Shown here one piece after another: positions 20,693-29,489 of a DNA stretch of 64,000 nt; positions within the stretch are counted from its first letter, which is position 1, and every line of letters starts with the position of its first letter. The stretch covers positions 2,013-66,012 of the forward strand of contig CAMOYI010000014.1 in NCBI GenBank assembly GCA_946629885.1, in the 5' to 3' direction. This stretch comes from an uncultured Mycoplasmatota bacterium. Lineage in GTDB: Bacteria; Bacillota_I; Bacilli_A; RF39; UBA660. Position numbers and translations under genes: made by a program. The notes under the pieces are model-generated. The model was not told the origin of the DNA. It was given only the letters and a program-made list of their open reading frames with translations, and did no database searches.

Positions 20693-21250
20693 TTATTCCC
20701 CTAAATATTGTTCACAATGAACATCAAAATTAATATTATAATTTAATCCTATCAATTTATTATCATCTTCGTCATATTCATCAATACTTGTCCAAATTAA
20801 GCGATAATTAATATTTGTGATTTTAGATACATCGTCTTGGCCAAAAATAACTTTATAACTTTTAGTGCTATTTAGTAAATTTGGAATTGATGAATTCTCA
20901 ATAAAAACATCTATATTTTCATGTTCCAATATTTCATCATTTTGCATATCAATGGTACACACTGTTGCAACATCTGTTCCTTCTGCTGATAAGTCTATTC
21001 TGAAGCTTCCTCCATTTCCCGGGGCAATATATCCTTCTCTTACGTGAATGTTATTATCATATATAAACATATCCAATGGTACGCTTTCACTATATGAAAC
21101 AAGGTTGCTATTAATAAAGATTGACCATCTACCAATCGCTAATTCATTTACCGATTCTGCATTGGTTTCAAAAAGAGCGTACGTCTTAACTATGTATAAA
21201 GCCGTAATACAAAGAACGATAAAGCTTACTAAAAACAATCTTTTTTTCAT
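20693..21250 (-). CDS. TasA-like secreted protein with SipW-cognate signal (about 185 aa)
   Basis: MKKRLFLVSFIVLCITALYIVKTYALFETNAES. Shares the IAPG..F.ID and RLIWTSIDEYDEDD motifs with its paralogs. The start is uncertain (ATG at 21250 or at 21298). Confidence 0.6.
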   Translation of the reverse strand: MKKRLFLVSFIVLCITALYIVKTYALFETNAESVNELAIGRWSIFINSNLVSYSESVPLDMFIYDNNIHVREGYIAPGNGGSFRIDLSAEGTDVATVCTIDMQNDEILEHENIDVFIENSSIPNLLNSTKSYKVIFGQDDVSKITNINYRLIWTSIDEYDEDDNKLIGLNYNINFDVHCEQYLGE

Positions 21251-21251
21251 A

Positions 21252-21794
21252 CTAATCGACCGCGTTTTTATCAGCTTTTGACTTTTGGGCCGCGTCAAAA
21301 ATCATCATGATCTCATATATAATGGCAAAAAGCGTAGGCAATATTACCATGAACATAAATCCCCATTTTGATGTAAATACATTTAAGATCATTCCTATTT
21401 TATGGTAAGATTTACTGCTTTCAATTTTACCTATTACATATTCGCCTGAAACTTTTTCTCCGTCAATTGTATACGTGGTTTCCTTACGATCAATTTCTTG
21501 CTTATCTTGAACGAAACCGTTATACACCATTACTTTTGTATTTTTTGCGCTGTTGTAATAAAATACTTTATCCCCAATATTAATTTTGTTATCACTATTA
21601 CGCTTGACAACTAGTAAATCACCTTCCAGAATATCTGGTTCCAATTCATCACTGTCGATTATAAGAAGCGTTTTTCTGCCAAAAGTTGTTACTTTAAATT
21701 CATTGTATGATAACAAGCAAACAGTTGTAAAAAGTGCTATCACGAGCCAAACACTTATAACTACATTCAATAAAAACCTAGCTATTTTTTTCAT
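21252..21794 (-). CDS. Catalytically degenerate SipW-like signal-peptidase homolog (pseudo-peptidase)
   Basis: Has the architecture of a TM segment followed by a peptidase-box region. The Ser box reads IIDSDELEPDI, with the catalytic Ser position occupied by Glu. No THR His box is present. Confidence 0.45.
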   Translation of the reverse strand: MKKIARFLLNVVISVWLVIALFTTVCLLSYNEFKVTTFGRKTLLIIDSDELEPDILEGDLLVVKRNSDNKINIGDKVFYYNSAKNTKVMVYNGFVQDKQEIDRKETTYTIDGEKVSGEYVIGKIESSKSYHKIGMILNVFTSKWGFMFMVILPTLFAIIYEIMMIFDAAQKSKADKNAVD

Positions 21795-21879
21795 ATTATT
21801 ACATTTACCTCCATTTTCCTACTATTTTCATTTTAGCATATTATTATTCTTATTTAAAGTTTTTTATTTAAAATAGAGA

Positions 21880-21900
21880 AAAATAAAAAGACGCAAAGCG
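21880..21900 (-). terminator. Probable terminator after the secreted-protein gene
   Basis: Minus-strand RNA folds as GGCGC-UUU-GCGUC followed by a U-rich run. Confidence 0.4.
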
Positions 21901-21905
21901 CCTTT

Positions 21906-22793
21906 TTATGGAATAGGTATTCTTAATTCTATTCCAGTCATATCGTCATATTTATTTCGAATAGTCGAATTAGAATAGTATAGTACATCACCTAATCCGC
22001 CAGCTTGAAGAGTATATGACATTGACTGAGCTCTTGTTAGTGAACTTTGTGCATGTTGATAAGTCGTAAATACGTGGGCAGTAGAATAATTGTATTCACT
22101 TATTTGCATGTCTGCTACCAGTGTCATTAAGAAAGATGTGATATTTGTATCATCTTTTAAATTCATTGAAATTCCTGCACCATTACTTAGCCCTTTATAA
22201 CCCGCAGAATTTGAGTTATAGTTGATGCTTGTTTGATTATTACCAACATAATATGCCTGCACACCTGCAACATTTGAGTATGATAAGTGCTTAGTTCTAA
22301 ATGCAATCACATCATAAGACCTAGTTGCCGGTACTATTTTCCAAAGTAACTGTACAGAGAAATCATAAAAATTACTCATTTCGAATATACTTGCTGAAAG
22401 CGCCTTATAATTGGTTTCAAAGAAACCTCCATCATTACTTCTAGTACTTTCATCACAAATTGCTGTATTAACTGGTGCAGACTCAAACTCTTCCTTTGTT
22501 ATTTCATGTTCACTTACAACATTGTTACCCTGGTATACAGTTTTAAAGTATTTTGTCTCAGAATTGACAAGCCTTGCATTCAAGTATTTTTGTACTTCTT
22601 CATACGTAAAATTGTCTATTTGAACCATATAAAATGTATTTAACAACTTATTTATTTCTTCTTCGGTTAAAATGACACCTTTTTTATTTACGTAACAGTT
22701 ATTACAGTCAATGTCTTTTGCAATTACGTCAAAACTTGATCCAAACCAGATTGCTAAAGCAATAAGTACCATAAAAAATATAGCTTTTTTCAT
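21906..22793 (-). CDS. Secreted hypothetical protein with a classical Sec signal peptide
   Basis: Start at the ATG at 22793 (AAGGAG RBS). Sequence MKKAIFFMVLIALAIWFGSSFDVIAKD. Confidence 0.6.
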   Translation of the reverse strand: MKKAIFFMVLIALAIWFGSSFDVIAKDIDCNNCYVNKKGVILTEEEINKLLNTFYMVQIDNFTYEEVQKYLNARLVNSETKYFKTVYQGNNVVSEHEITKEEFESAPVNTAICDESTRSNDGGFFETNYKALSASIFEMSNFYDFSVQLLWKIVPATRSYDVIAFRTKHLSYSNVAGVQAYYVGNNQTSINYNSNSAGYKGLSNGAGISMNLKDDTNITSFLMTLVADMQISEYNYSTAHVFTTYQHAQSSLTRAQSMSYTLQAGGLGDVLYYSNSTIRNKYDDMTGIELRIPIP

Positions 22794-22866
22794 TTTTACT
22801 CCTTTCTGTTTAAATATTAACTTATAATGAAAATTAAAACACGCTACCTGGAGTAGCATGTCCTTA

Positions 22867-24042
22867 TTAATTAAAACTACTAAATATATCAATTAATAAA
22901 TTTATGAATTTTAATGTCTCTTTTTGTTCCGAAAATAATACGTCAATCTTCAATTCATGATTTATTACTTTTCCTGTAAAAATATGTACATTCAAAGCTT
23001 GTATATTTCGTATAGAAAATACTTTTGTATTCATGTCAAGTTTAAATAAAAAGTTGCCATCTGAAATTGTGAGAAAATTATTACTATATTCTATATTATA
23101 ATTTTTTTCTCTTCTATTTAACAGCCTAATTCTATCTTCTTCAATCATATTGAATAAACCAAATAATTCTATCGAAGTTGATAAATTATTAAAATACTTG
23201 CCTTTATCACATGTTTTCAATTTATAAGGAAACTCAGGCCTATAATTGTCTTTAAACAATTTGTTTCTTTGCTGTTCGAATTGATTAATATCATTGCTCT
23301 TGTATCTAAGTTCAATATTTAATGGAACAATTTTTTCCTGCTCTATTTCGTCATTAGATACATATTTTACTCGAAGCATAAGTTCGTCTTTTAATGACTC
23401 CATATTAACATCTGTTAATTCCTTGTAATTTGAATTTCTAAAGTATGCTTGGTTATTCATGCTGTAGGTTGCGATAGTTTTTTTAGTATTCTCATCAATC
23501 TGTCTATACAATTCAACATTTACAGACGAGTCACCCTGTATTTCTTTATCATCTATCCAGACCGTACCGAAATTAATGTATATCTTACTTCTAGTCGAAA
23601 TAATTATACCGTTCTTAACATATAGTCCATCGTCTTCATAAAACACATCATATATTTTTGTTGCATTATAATTTTCAAAAAAGAATATAAGAAGGCATAC
23701 AATCAGCAAGATGATAATAATTCTTATAGTGTTTTTGATACGTTTATTTTTAAAAACCCTAATTACATAATCGAATGTATTATTAGCCTCATCACTATCA
23801 CACTTAAATTCGCCTGAAAGGATTTCTTCGAGCGATACTCCAAATAGATTTGCAATACGCGGTATTAAATCAATTGATGGATAGCAAATACCATTCTCCC
23901 ATTTACTTACAGCTTTTCTAGTGACATATATCATATCACCTAGTTCTTCCTGTGTTAGATTATGAGATATCCGAAGCATTTTAATAAATGCACCAGTTTT
24001 CTCTGGACCCGGATAATTTATAGAGGTATTATTATCGTTCAT
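22867..24042 (-). CDS. Membrane-anchored XRE-family HTH transcriptional regulator with an extracytoplasmic C-terminal domain
   Basis: N-terminal HTH (LTQEELGDMIYVTRKAVSKWENG), a central TM helix and a roughly 250-aa C-terminal domain. Confidence 0.7.
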   Translation of the reverse strand: MNDNNTSINYPGPEKTGAFIKMLRISHNLTQEELGDMIYVTRKAVSKWENGICYPSIDLIPRIANLFGVSLEEILSGEFKCDSDEANNTFDYVIRVFKNKRIKNTIRIIIILLIVCLLIFFFENYNATKIYDVFYEDDGLYVKNGIIISTRSKIYINFGTVWIDDKEIQGDSSVNVELYRQIDENTKKTIATYSMNNQAYFRNSNYKELTDVNMESLKDELMLRVKYVSNDEIEQEKIVPLNIELRYKSNDINQFEQQRNKLFKDNYRPEFPYKLKTCDKGKYFNNLSTSIELFGLFNMIEEDRIRLLNRREKNYNIEYSNNFLTISDGNFLFKLDMNTKVFSIRNIQALNVHIFTGKVINHELKIDVLFSEQKETLKFINLLIDIFSSFN

Positions 24043-25142
24043 TATACGTTAAATCTGAAATAGCAAATATCTCCATCTTGCATTTCGTAATCCTTTCCCT
24101 CAAGACGCATTTTGCCATTTTCCTTAACTTTTAATTCAGATCCATATTTTACAAGATCATTATAACTCATAACCTCAGCTCGAATAAAGCCTCTTTCGAA
24201 ATCGGTATGTATAATACCAGCACATTTAGGAGCTTTCATTCCCTGTTTAAATGTCCATGCTCTTACTTCATCAGTACCAGATGTAAAGAAAGTTCTAAGG
24301 CCAAGTAAGCTGTAAGTTTGATAAATTAACTTGTCCAGGCCACTGTTCGATATTCCAATTTCTTGTAAAAATTTCTTTTTATCATCGTCTGACAATTCTG
24401 AGAGTTCACTTTCGACTTGACAGCTCATTACGATAACTCCAGAGCCCTCATTTCCAGCGTATTCCTTAACTTTCTTAGTATATTCGTTGTCGCCAATTAC
24501 TGCACTATCTAAATCGACATTCGCAACATAAATGACAGGCTTAAGGGTTATTAAATTAAACGATTTCAAAAAATCCAATTCATCATCAGTTAAACTGGTG
24601 TTTCTAAGAGAATATCCATTTTCTAGTAACTCTTTGACTTTTCTAAGAGTGTTTGCTTCGAGTACTTCTTGCTTATCTCTTGCCATATCCATTTTTTTGC
24701 CAAGTTTTAATATTCTATTATTAATTGTCTCAAGATCAGAAAGAATCAACTCAGTATTTATTATTTCGATATCTCGAATTGGATCTACTGCACCTTCGAC
24801 GTGCGTTATCTCAGAATCATCAAAACATCTTATAACATTTACTATAGCATCTACATCCCTAATATGGGATAAGAACTTATTACCCAATCCTTCTCCATGA
24901 GATGCACCTTTTACTAATCCTGCTATATCAGTAAATTCAAAAGATGTTGGAACTAAGCTTTTCGGTTTGTATAAATCGTTTAGATAGTCTAATCTTTCAT
25001 CTGGTACTACCACTACTCCAACATTTGGTTCTATTGTAGCAAATGGATAATTTGCTGCTAAAATATGCTTTTTAGTTATTGCATTAAACAATGTGCTTTT
25101 TCCAACATTAGGTAATCCTACTATTCCTGCTTTTAATGACAT
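24042..25142 (-). CDS. ychF: Ribosome-binding ATPase YchF
   Basis: MSLKAGIVGLPNVGKSTLFNAIT G1 motif and a C-terminal TGS-like region. Start trimmed to the ATG at 25142. Confidence 0.9.
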   Translation of the reverse strand: MSLKAGIVGLPNVGKSTLFNAITKKHILAANYPFATIEPNVGVVVVPDERLDYLNDLYKPKSLVPTSFEFTDIAGLVKGASHGEGLGNKFLSHIRDVDAIVNVIRCFDDSEITHVEGAVDPIRDIEIINTELILSDLETINNRILKLGKKMDMARDKQEVLEANTLRKVKELLENGYSLRNTSLTDDELDFLKSFNLITLKPVIYVANVDLDSAVIGDNEYTKKVKEYAGNEGSGVIVMSCQVESELSELSDDDKKKFLQEIGISNSGLDKLIYQTYSLLGLRTFFTSGTDEVRAWTFKQGMKAPKCAGIIHTDFERGFIRAEVMSYNDLVKYGSELKVKENGKMRLEGKDYEMQDGDICYFRFNV

Positions 25143-25203
25143 ACTATCACCTTTTCCTGGCTTATTATACCATTTTAAAATAATAAAAACCACAAAAATG
25201 TGG

Positions 25204-26733
25204 TTACATAATAGAGAACGTACCAATACCGATTGGGAGTCCCAATATATAAGATACTATGAGTACTACTATCCATACAGCTGCTGTCATCAGTGAATAT
25301 GGCATTATTTCTTTTAGTGCTCCAAACAAACTTATAGGTTTGTCTTCCCCGCTGTACATGTCCAAAAAAGCCAAGTATATTACAAAATAAGCCATTAGTG
25401 GAGTTATACCATATGTTACACAAGAGGCTCCTCTAAATACCAATTCCGCAAATTCGGCACTCATGCCGGAATTCATAAATACTGGTACTATTACTCCGCT
25501 TAAAATTGCCCACGAACTTACAGCGGAAGGAACAAGCAATGTTACTATAATAACTATAATAAATGTAGTAACAATAAGCGGTATTCCAGTAAAACTGATT
25601 GAAGAAATTAAATCTGCTGCCAAAGCAGTAAAAACACTACCTATGTTACTATCCTTAAAAATGGATATGAAAGTTGAAGCAAAAAATATCAATACCAAAG
25701 GTTTACCAATGCCATCTAGTGAATGCCCAAGATAGCTACATAGTTCTCTGTTATTTTTTATGGTTTTTGCGCCTAATCCATAAAATAATCCACATAGGAA
25801 GAAAAACATAGTTATAACGAATACAAATCCTTGGTTAAAAAATGAATTATACCCGAATAACTTATCAATATAGAGTTTTTGGCTGTAGTCTAGTAGATTA
25901 CCAGACAATGGTAATCCAGGAATAATATTATATATAAATATTAATAAGTACAAAGACCCAACAGACATGCTGAATAAAAGGCCTCTCTTTTTATATTTAT
26001 CTAAATATAATTCTTCTTCAGTTTCTTCATCATATTTGCCTAACTTAGGTATTGTTACTTTTTCGGCAATGCTTGTTATAATAAAACTCATAATTATAGT
26101 CATACATAGCATAACTAAAATATGTGCAAAATTACCTATCGTATAGCCGTTATCTAGTGATGTGGCAGCCAAGCGTGTATACTCCAATAGAGCTGAATCG
26201 ATTGAATTCATAAAAATGTTGATTCCCGTACCACAGGTCAAGCCTGCAAAAGCTAGAATTATTCCGGCTTTTGGATTTCTTTTACTATATTTGAAGAATA
26301 ATGCCATTATTGGAATTAATACAATAAAACTGATATCCCCCATAATACTAGCAAGAATTGTGATTAAACTCAAAACAAAAGTTACTCGTTTTTTGCTAGC
26401 TTTCTTTGTCAATAATGTAAAGAAAGACGATAAAAATCCGCTTTTATCCATTATTCCAATACCTATTAGTGTAATAAGCAACATGCTAAGAGGAGCAAAA
26501 GAAGCAAAATTTGATACTGTCGTCCTGAATATAAGCTTTAAGCCTGATAAATTAAGTAATGAATTTACTGATACTGGCGTACTATCATAGCCGCCCCTTA
26601 TTGCATTGACAGTATTATAACTTGCAGATAGTCCAAGAAGACCACATATACCGCTTATAATAATTGTTATCAAAATAAGAATAAGAAACGACATAATTGG
26701 ATGCAATAATATTTTACTGCGCAGTTTTTTCAT
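25204..26733 (-). CDS. AbgT-family transporter (p-aminobenzoyl-glutamate/MtrF family)
   Basis: 509-aa polytopic membrane protein with an AbgT-like N-terminus and length. Confidence 0.6.
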   Translation of the reverse strand: MKKLRSKILLHPIMSFLILILITIIISGICGLLGLSASYNTVNAIRGGYDSTPVSVNSLLNLSGLKLIFRTTVSNFASFAPLSMLLITLIGIGIMDKSGFLSSFFTLLTKKASKKRVTFVLSLITILASIMGDISFIVLIPIMALFFKYSKRNPKAGIILAFAGLTCGTGINIFMNSIDSALLEYTRLAATSLDNGYTIGNFAHILVMLCMTIIMSFIITSIAEKVTIPKLGKYDEETEEELYLDKYKKRGLLFSMSVGSLYLLIFIYNIIPGLPLSGNLLDYSQKLYIDKLFGYNSFFNQGFVFVITMFFFLCGLFYGLGAKTIKNNRELCSYLGHSLDGIGKPLVLIFFASTFISIFKDSNIGSVFTALAADLISSISFTGIPLIVTTFIIVIIVTLLVPSAVSSWAILSGVIVPVFMNSGMSAEFAELVFRGASCVTYGITPLMAYFVIYLAFLDMYSGEDKPISLFGALKEIMPYSLMTAAVWIVVLIVSYILGLPIGIGTFSIM

Positions 26734-26920
26734 TTTTATTGCCTTCTTTCTTTTTCATCTTTTTATATACTTCAAGTCTATCCATCATTATTTCGTGAGA
26801 ACAACCGATACACTTGAGTTTTAAATCGACTCCAAGTCTAACAATTTCAAAACGAGATTCTCCGCAAGCATGAGGTTTCTTCATGACAATAATGTCACCA
26901 AGTTCTAATTTATTTACCAT
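26714..26920 (-). CDS. DUF951 (YyzM-like) small protein
   Basis: GDIIVMKKPHACGESRFEIVRLGVDLKLKCIGCSHEIMM matches the conserved DUF951 core. Confidence 0.7.
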   Translation of the reverse strand: MVNKLELGDIIVMKKPHACGESRFEIVRLGVDLKLKCIGCSHEIMMDRLEVYKKMKKKEGNKNEKTAQ

Positions 26921-27713
26921 TGTGAACCTCTATCTGATTATATGGTATTTTAATGTCATGTTCGTCATATTTTTTCTTAATAAGCCGTAATGCGTCTCTT
27001 TTGTATTGCCATACATGTCCGGGACTACAATAATATCTAATACCATAATTAATACTAGAATCTGCAAGAGCAGTTATTCCGATATAGGAAGTTTTACTTT
27101 CATCTACAGCCTCCCAAGTTTTAATTTCATTTACAACTTCTTCGAGTACTTTTTCCACTTTTTCTAGTTTTTCTTCATATGCTGTAGGTATTTCAATTAA
27201 AGAAGAAGCAGTCTTTTGTGAAAGATTGATTATTTCGTCAATATTTCTATTTGCGATTGTATATACCTGTCCGTCGAAATCCATAATTTTAGTAGATCTC
27301 AACCCAAGCTGTATTACCGTACCGGTAAAGTTTTTATATTTAACATAATCGCCAACAATGTAATAGTTATCCATTATTATCGAGGTGCCACTTATAATGT
27401 CTTTTAATGTATCTTGTAATGCTAATGCTCCAACAGCACTTGCAACACCTAAACTAGCAATTAGTGATGTTACTTTAATTCCATACAAATCGAGAATAAA
27501 TATTAGTCCCAGTATAATAAGGGCATATTTACCTATATTTTTAATAAGTTGGACCACAGTTCTCCTTTTTTTGCGTTCAAGTTCAGTTTTACTTTTTGCA
27601 ATTAGTTTATCAACTAATATATTAAATATCTTATATAGTATGATTACTGCGATAATAACTAAAATAGATCCATATACTTGCTTCTTAGAAAGAAAGTCTA
27701 AGACTACTTTCAT
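26910..27713 (-). CDS. Small-conductance mechanosensitive channel (MscS family)
   Basis: N-terminal TM helices followed by an MscS beta-domain pattern. Confidence 0.7.
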   Translation of the reverse strand: MKVVLDFLSKKQVYGSILVIIAVIILYKIFNILVDKLIAKSKTELERKKRRTVVQLIKNIGKYALIILGLIFILDLYGIKVTSLIASLGVASAVGALALQDTLKDIISGTSIIMDNYYIVGDYVKYKNFTGTVIQLGLRSTKIMDFDGQVYTIANRNIDEIINLSQKTASSLIEIPTAYEEKLEKVEKVLEEVVNEIKTWEAVDESKTSYIGITALADSSINYGIRYYCSPGHVWQYKRDALRLIKKKYDEHDIKIPYNQIEVHNGK

Positions 27714-27715
27714 TT

Positions 27716-28612
27716 TTATTCACCATCCATATCTACATTAATGATTTCAAGAATTCTATTCAAATCCTCATCGCTGTCAAAAGGAATGGTGATCTTATTT
27801 GCTGATATTGTTACCCTAGCACCGATTTTTTCTCTTAAAACGTTTTCATATATTGCATATGTCCTGCTTGGCGCGGTAGTACGATTTATTTTATGTTTTT
27901 TAGGTACTTTTTCATCAGATACAATCTTTTCAAGTGAGCGAATGCTAATTCCTTCAGATACAATCTTATCAGCGAGGCGAACGGCGTATTCATCGTCACC
28001 TATCTTACTCAATATCTTCGCATGAGCCATGCTCAACTTTTTATCGATAACCAGAAGTTTAATTTCTTCTGGAAGTGAGACCAAACCAAGTACATTAGTA
28101 ATATAACTTCTGCTCTTACTTACCCTTTTAGCAAGTTCATCTTGTGTTATATTAGATGATTCCATAATTTTACTATATGCTTCAGCTTCCTCGATTGGGT
28201 TTAAGTCCTCTCTTTGGATATTTTCCAAAAGGGCTACTTCCATCATCTCTTTATCTGTAAAATCTTTAACTATTGCGGGTATTTCAGTTAATCCTGCCAA
28301 TTGCGATGCTCTAGTTCTTCTTTCACCAGCAACTAATTCATAACCTTTTATACTTTTTTTAACTATAATTGGTTGAAATAATCCATGCTCCTTAATCGAA
28401 TCTGCTAATTCCTGTAATTTTTCCTCATTGAATCTTTTACGAGGCTGATACGGATTTGGTCTAATGTCAGATATCTTTATATTTTTTATGTCGCTTTCCT
28501 TAGCGTTGTCTACTATTTCTTTTTCTATATCAGAAAAATTTATATTTTGATTGTTAAATAGTTGTTCTAAGCCAGTTCCAAGTGCTCGTCTCTTAGTTTC
28601 CATCTCTTTCAA
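27716..28612 (-). CDS. parB: Chromosome partitioning protein ParB/Spo0J
   Basis: ParB box VAGERRTRASQLAGLTEIPAIV plus an HTH. Confidence 0.85.
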   Translation of the reverse strand: MKEMETKRRALGTGLEQLFNNQNINFSDIEKEIVDNAKESDIKNIKISDIRPNPYQPRKRFNEEKLQELADSIKEHGLFQPIIVKKSIKGYELVAGERRTRASQLAGLTEIPAIVKDFTDKEMMEVALLENIQREDLNPIEEAEAYSKIMESSNITQDELAKRVSKSRSYITNVLGLVSLPEEIKLLVIDKKLSMAHAKILSKIGDDEYAVRLADKIVSEGISIRSLEKIVSDEKVPKKHKINRTTAPSRTYAIYENVLREKIGARVTISANKITIPFDSDEDLNRILEIINVDMDGE

Positions 28613-29378
28613 TTACCTCCTTAGCTAAATTAAAATATGCTTCCGTAGCTCTGCAAAACGGATCATATTCGCAAATCGGTACTCCATGGCTTGGAGCCTC
28701 CACTAGCCTAATTAGACGTGGAATAATTGTATTAAACGTTGTATCACCAAAGTATTTTCTTACTTCTTCGACAACTTCAAGCCCCATATTTGTTCTCGAA
28801 TCCAACATTGTCAATAAAACACCCTCGATTGTGAGATCTTGATTTAATTTATTCTGGATTCTTATAATAGTACTTAATAATTGCGATAATCCTTCAAGTG
28901 CATAGTACTCGCATTGTACTGCAATAATTACAGCATTGCTAGCAACTAGAGCATTCATGGTATTTAATCCAAGTGATGGAGGACAGTCAACAATGATGTA
29001 GTCAAATGATTCTTTTATAGTTTCTAACGCATTCTTTAATTGCTCATTTTTTTTAAATTCGCTGTCACTATACTCGAGTTGGATAAGTTCAAGGTCAATG
29101 CCTGCTAGGTTAATATTGGCAGGCAATATGTATAATCTATCAAATTTTGTTTTTATAATTGCATCTTTAATATCGCACTTACCGGTAATTACCTCGTATG
29201 TACTATATTTTAAAGATCCCTTGTTAATACCCAATCCAGTCGATGCATTTCCTTGCGGATCTAAATCGACTAGTAGAGTCTTTTTACCCAATTTTCCTAG
29301 TGAAGCTGCAAGATTTATGCTTGTAGTAGTTTTACCAACCCCGCCCTTTTGGTTAACTAATGAAATAATTTTTGCCAT
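28593..29378 (-). CDS. parA: Chromosome partitioning ATPase ParA/Soj
   Basis: Deviant Walker A KGGVGKTTTSINLAASL. Start trimmed to MAKIISL (ATG at 29378). Confidence 0.85.
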   Translation of the reverse strand: MAKIISLVNQKGGVGKTTTSINLAASLGKLGKKTLLVDLDPQGNASTGLGINKGSLKYSTYEVITGKCDIKDAIIKTKFDRLYILPANINLAGIDLELIQLEYSDSEFKKNEQLKNALETIKESFDYIIVDCPPSLGLNTMNALVASNAVIIAVQCEYYALEGLSQLLSTIIRIQNKLNQDLTIEGVLLTMLDSRTNMGLEVVEEVRKYFGDTTFNTIIPRLIRLVEAPSHGVPICEYDPFCRATEAYFNLAKEVIERDGN

Positions 29379-29489
29379 TAATACATCACACCTTCTGCAT
29401 AAATAAGTTCTTAAATATTTTAACATATTTGAGGAGTAAAATACAACCATGTTTATACTATTTTAATTTTTACAAAAGAAAAAAGAGAT

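Noticed and set aside
25175-25423. 82-aa ORF overlapping the abgT 3' end and ychF upstream region
   Set aside because: It overlaps the AbgT-family transporter gene, has no RBS, and its sequence is not protein-like.
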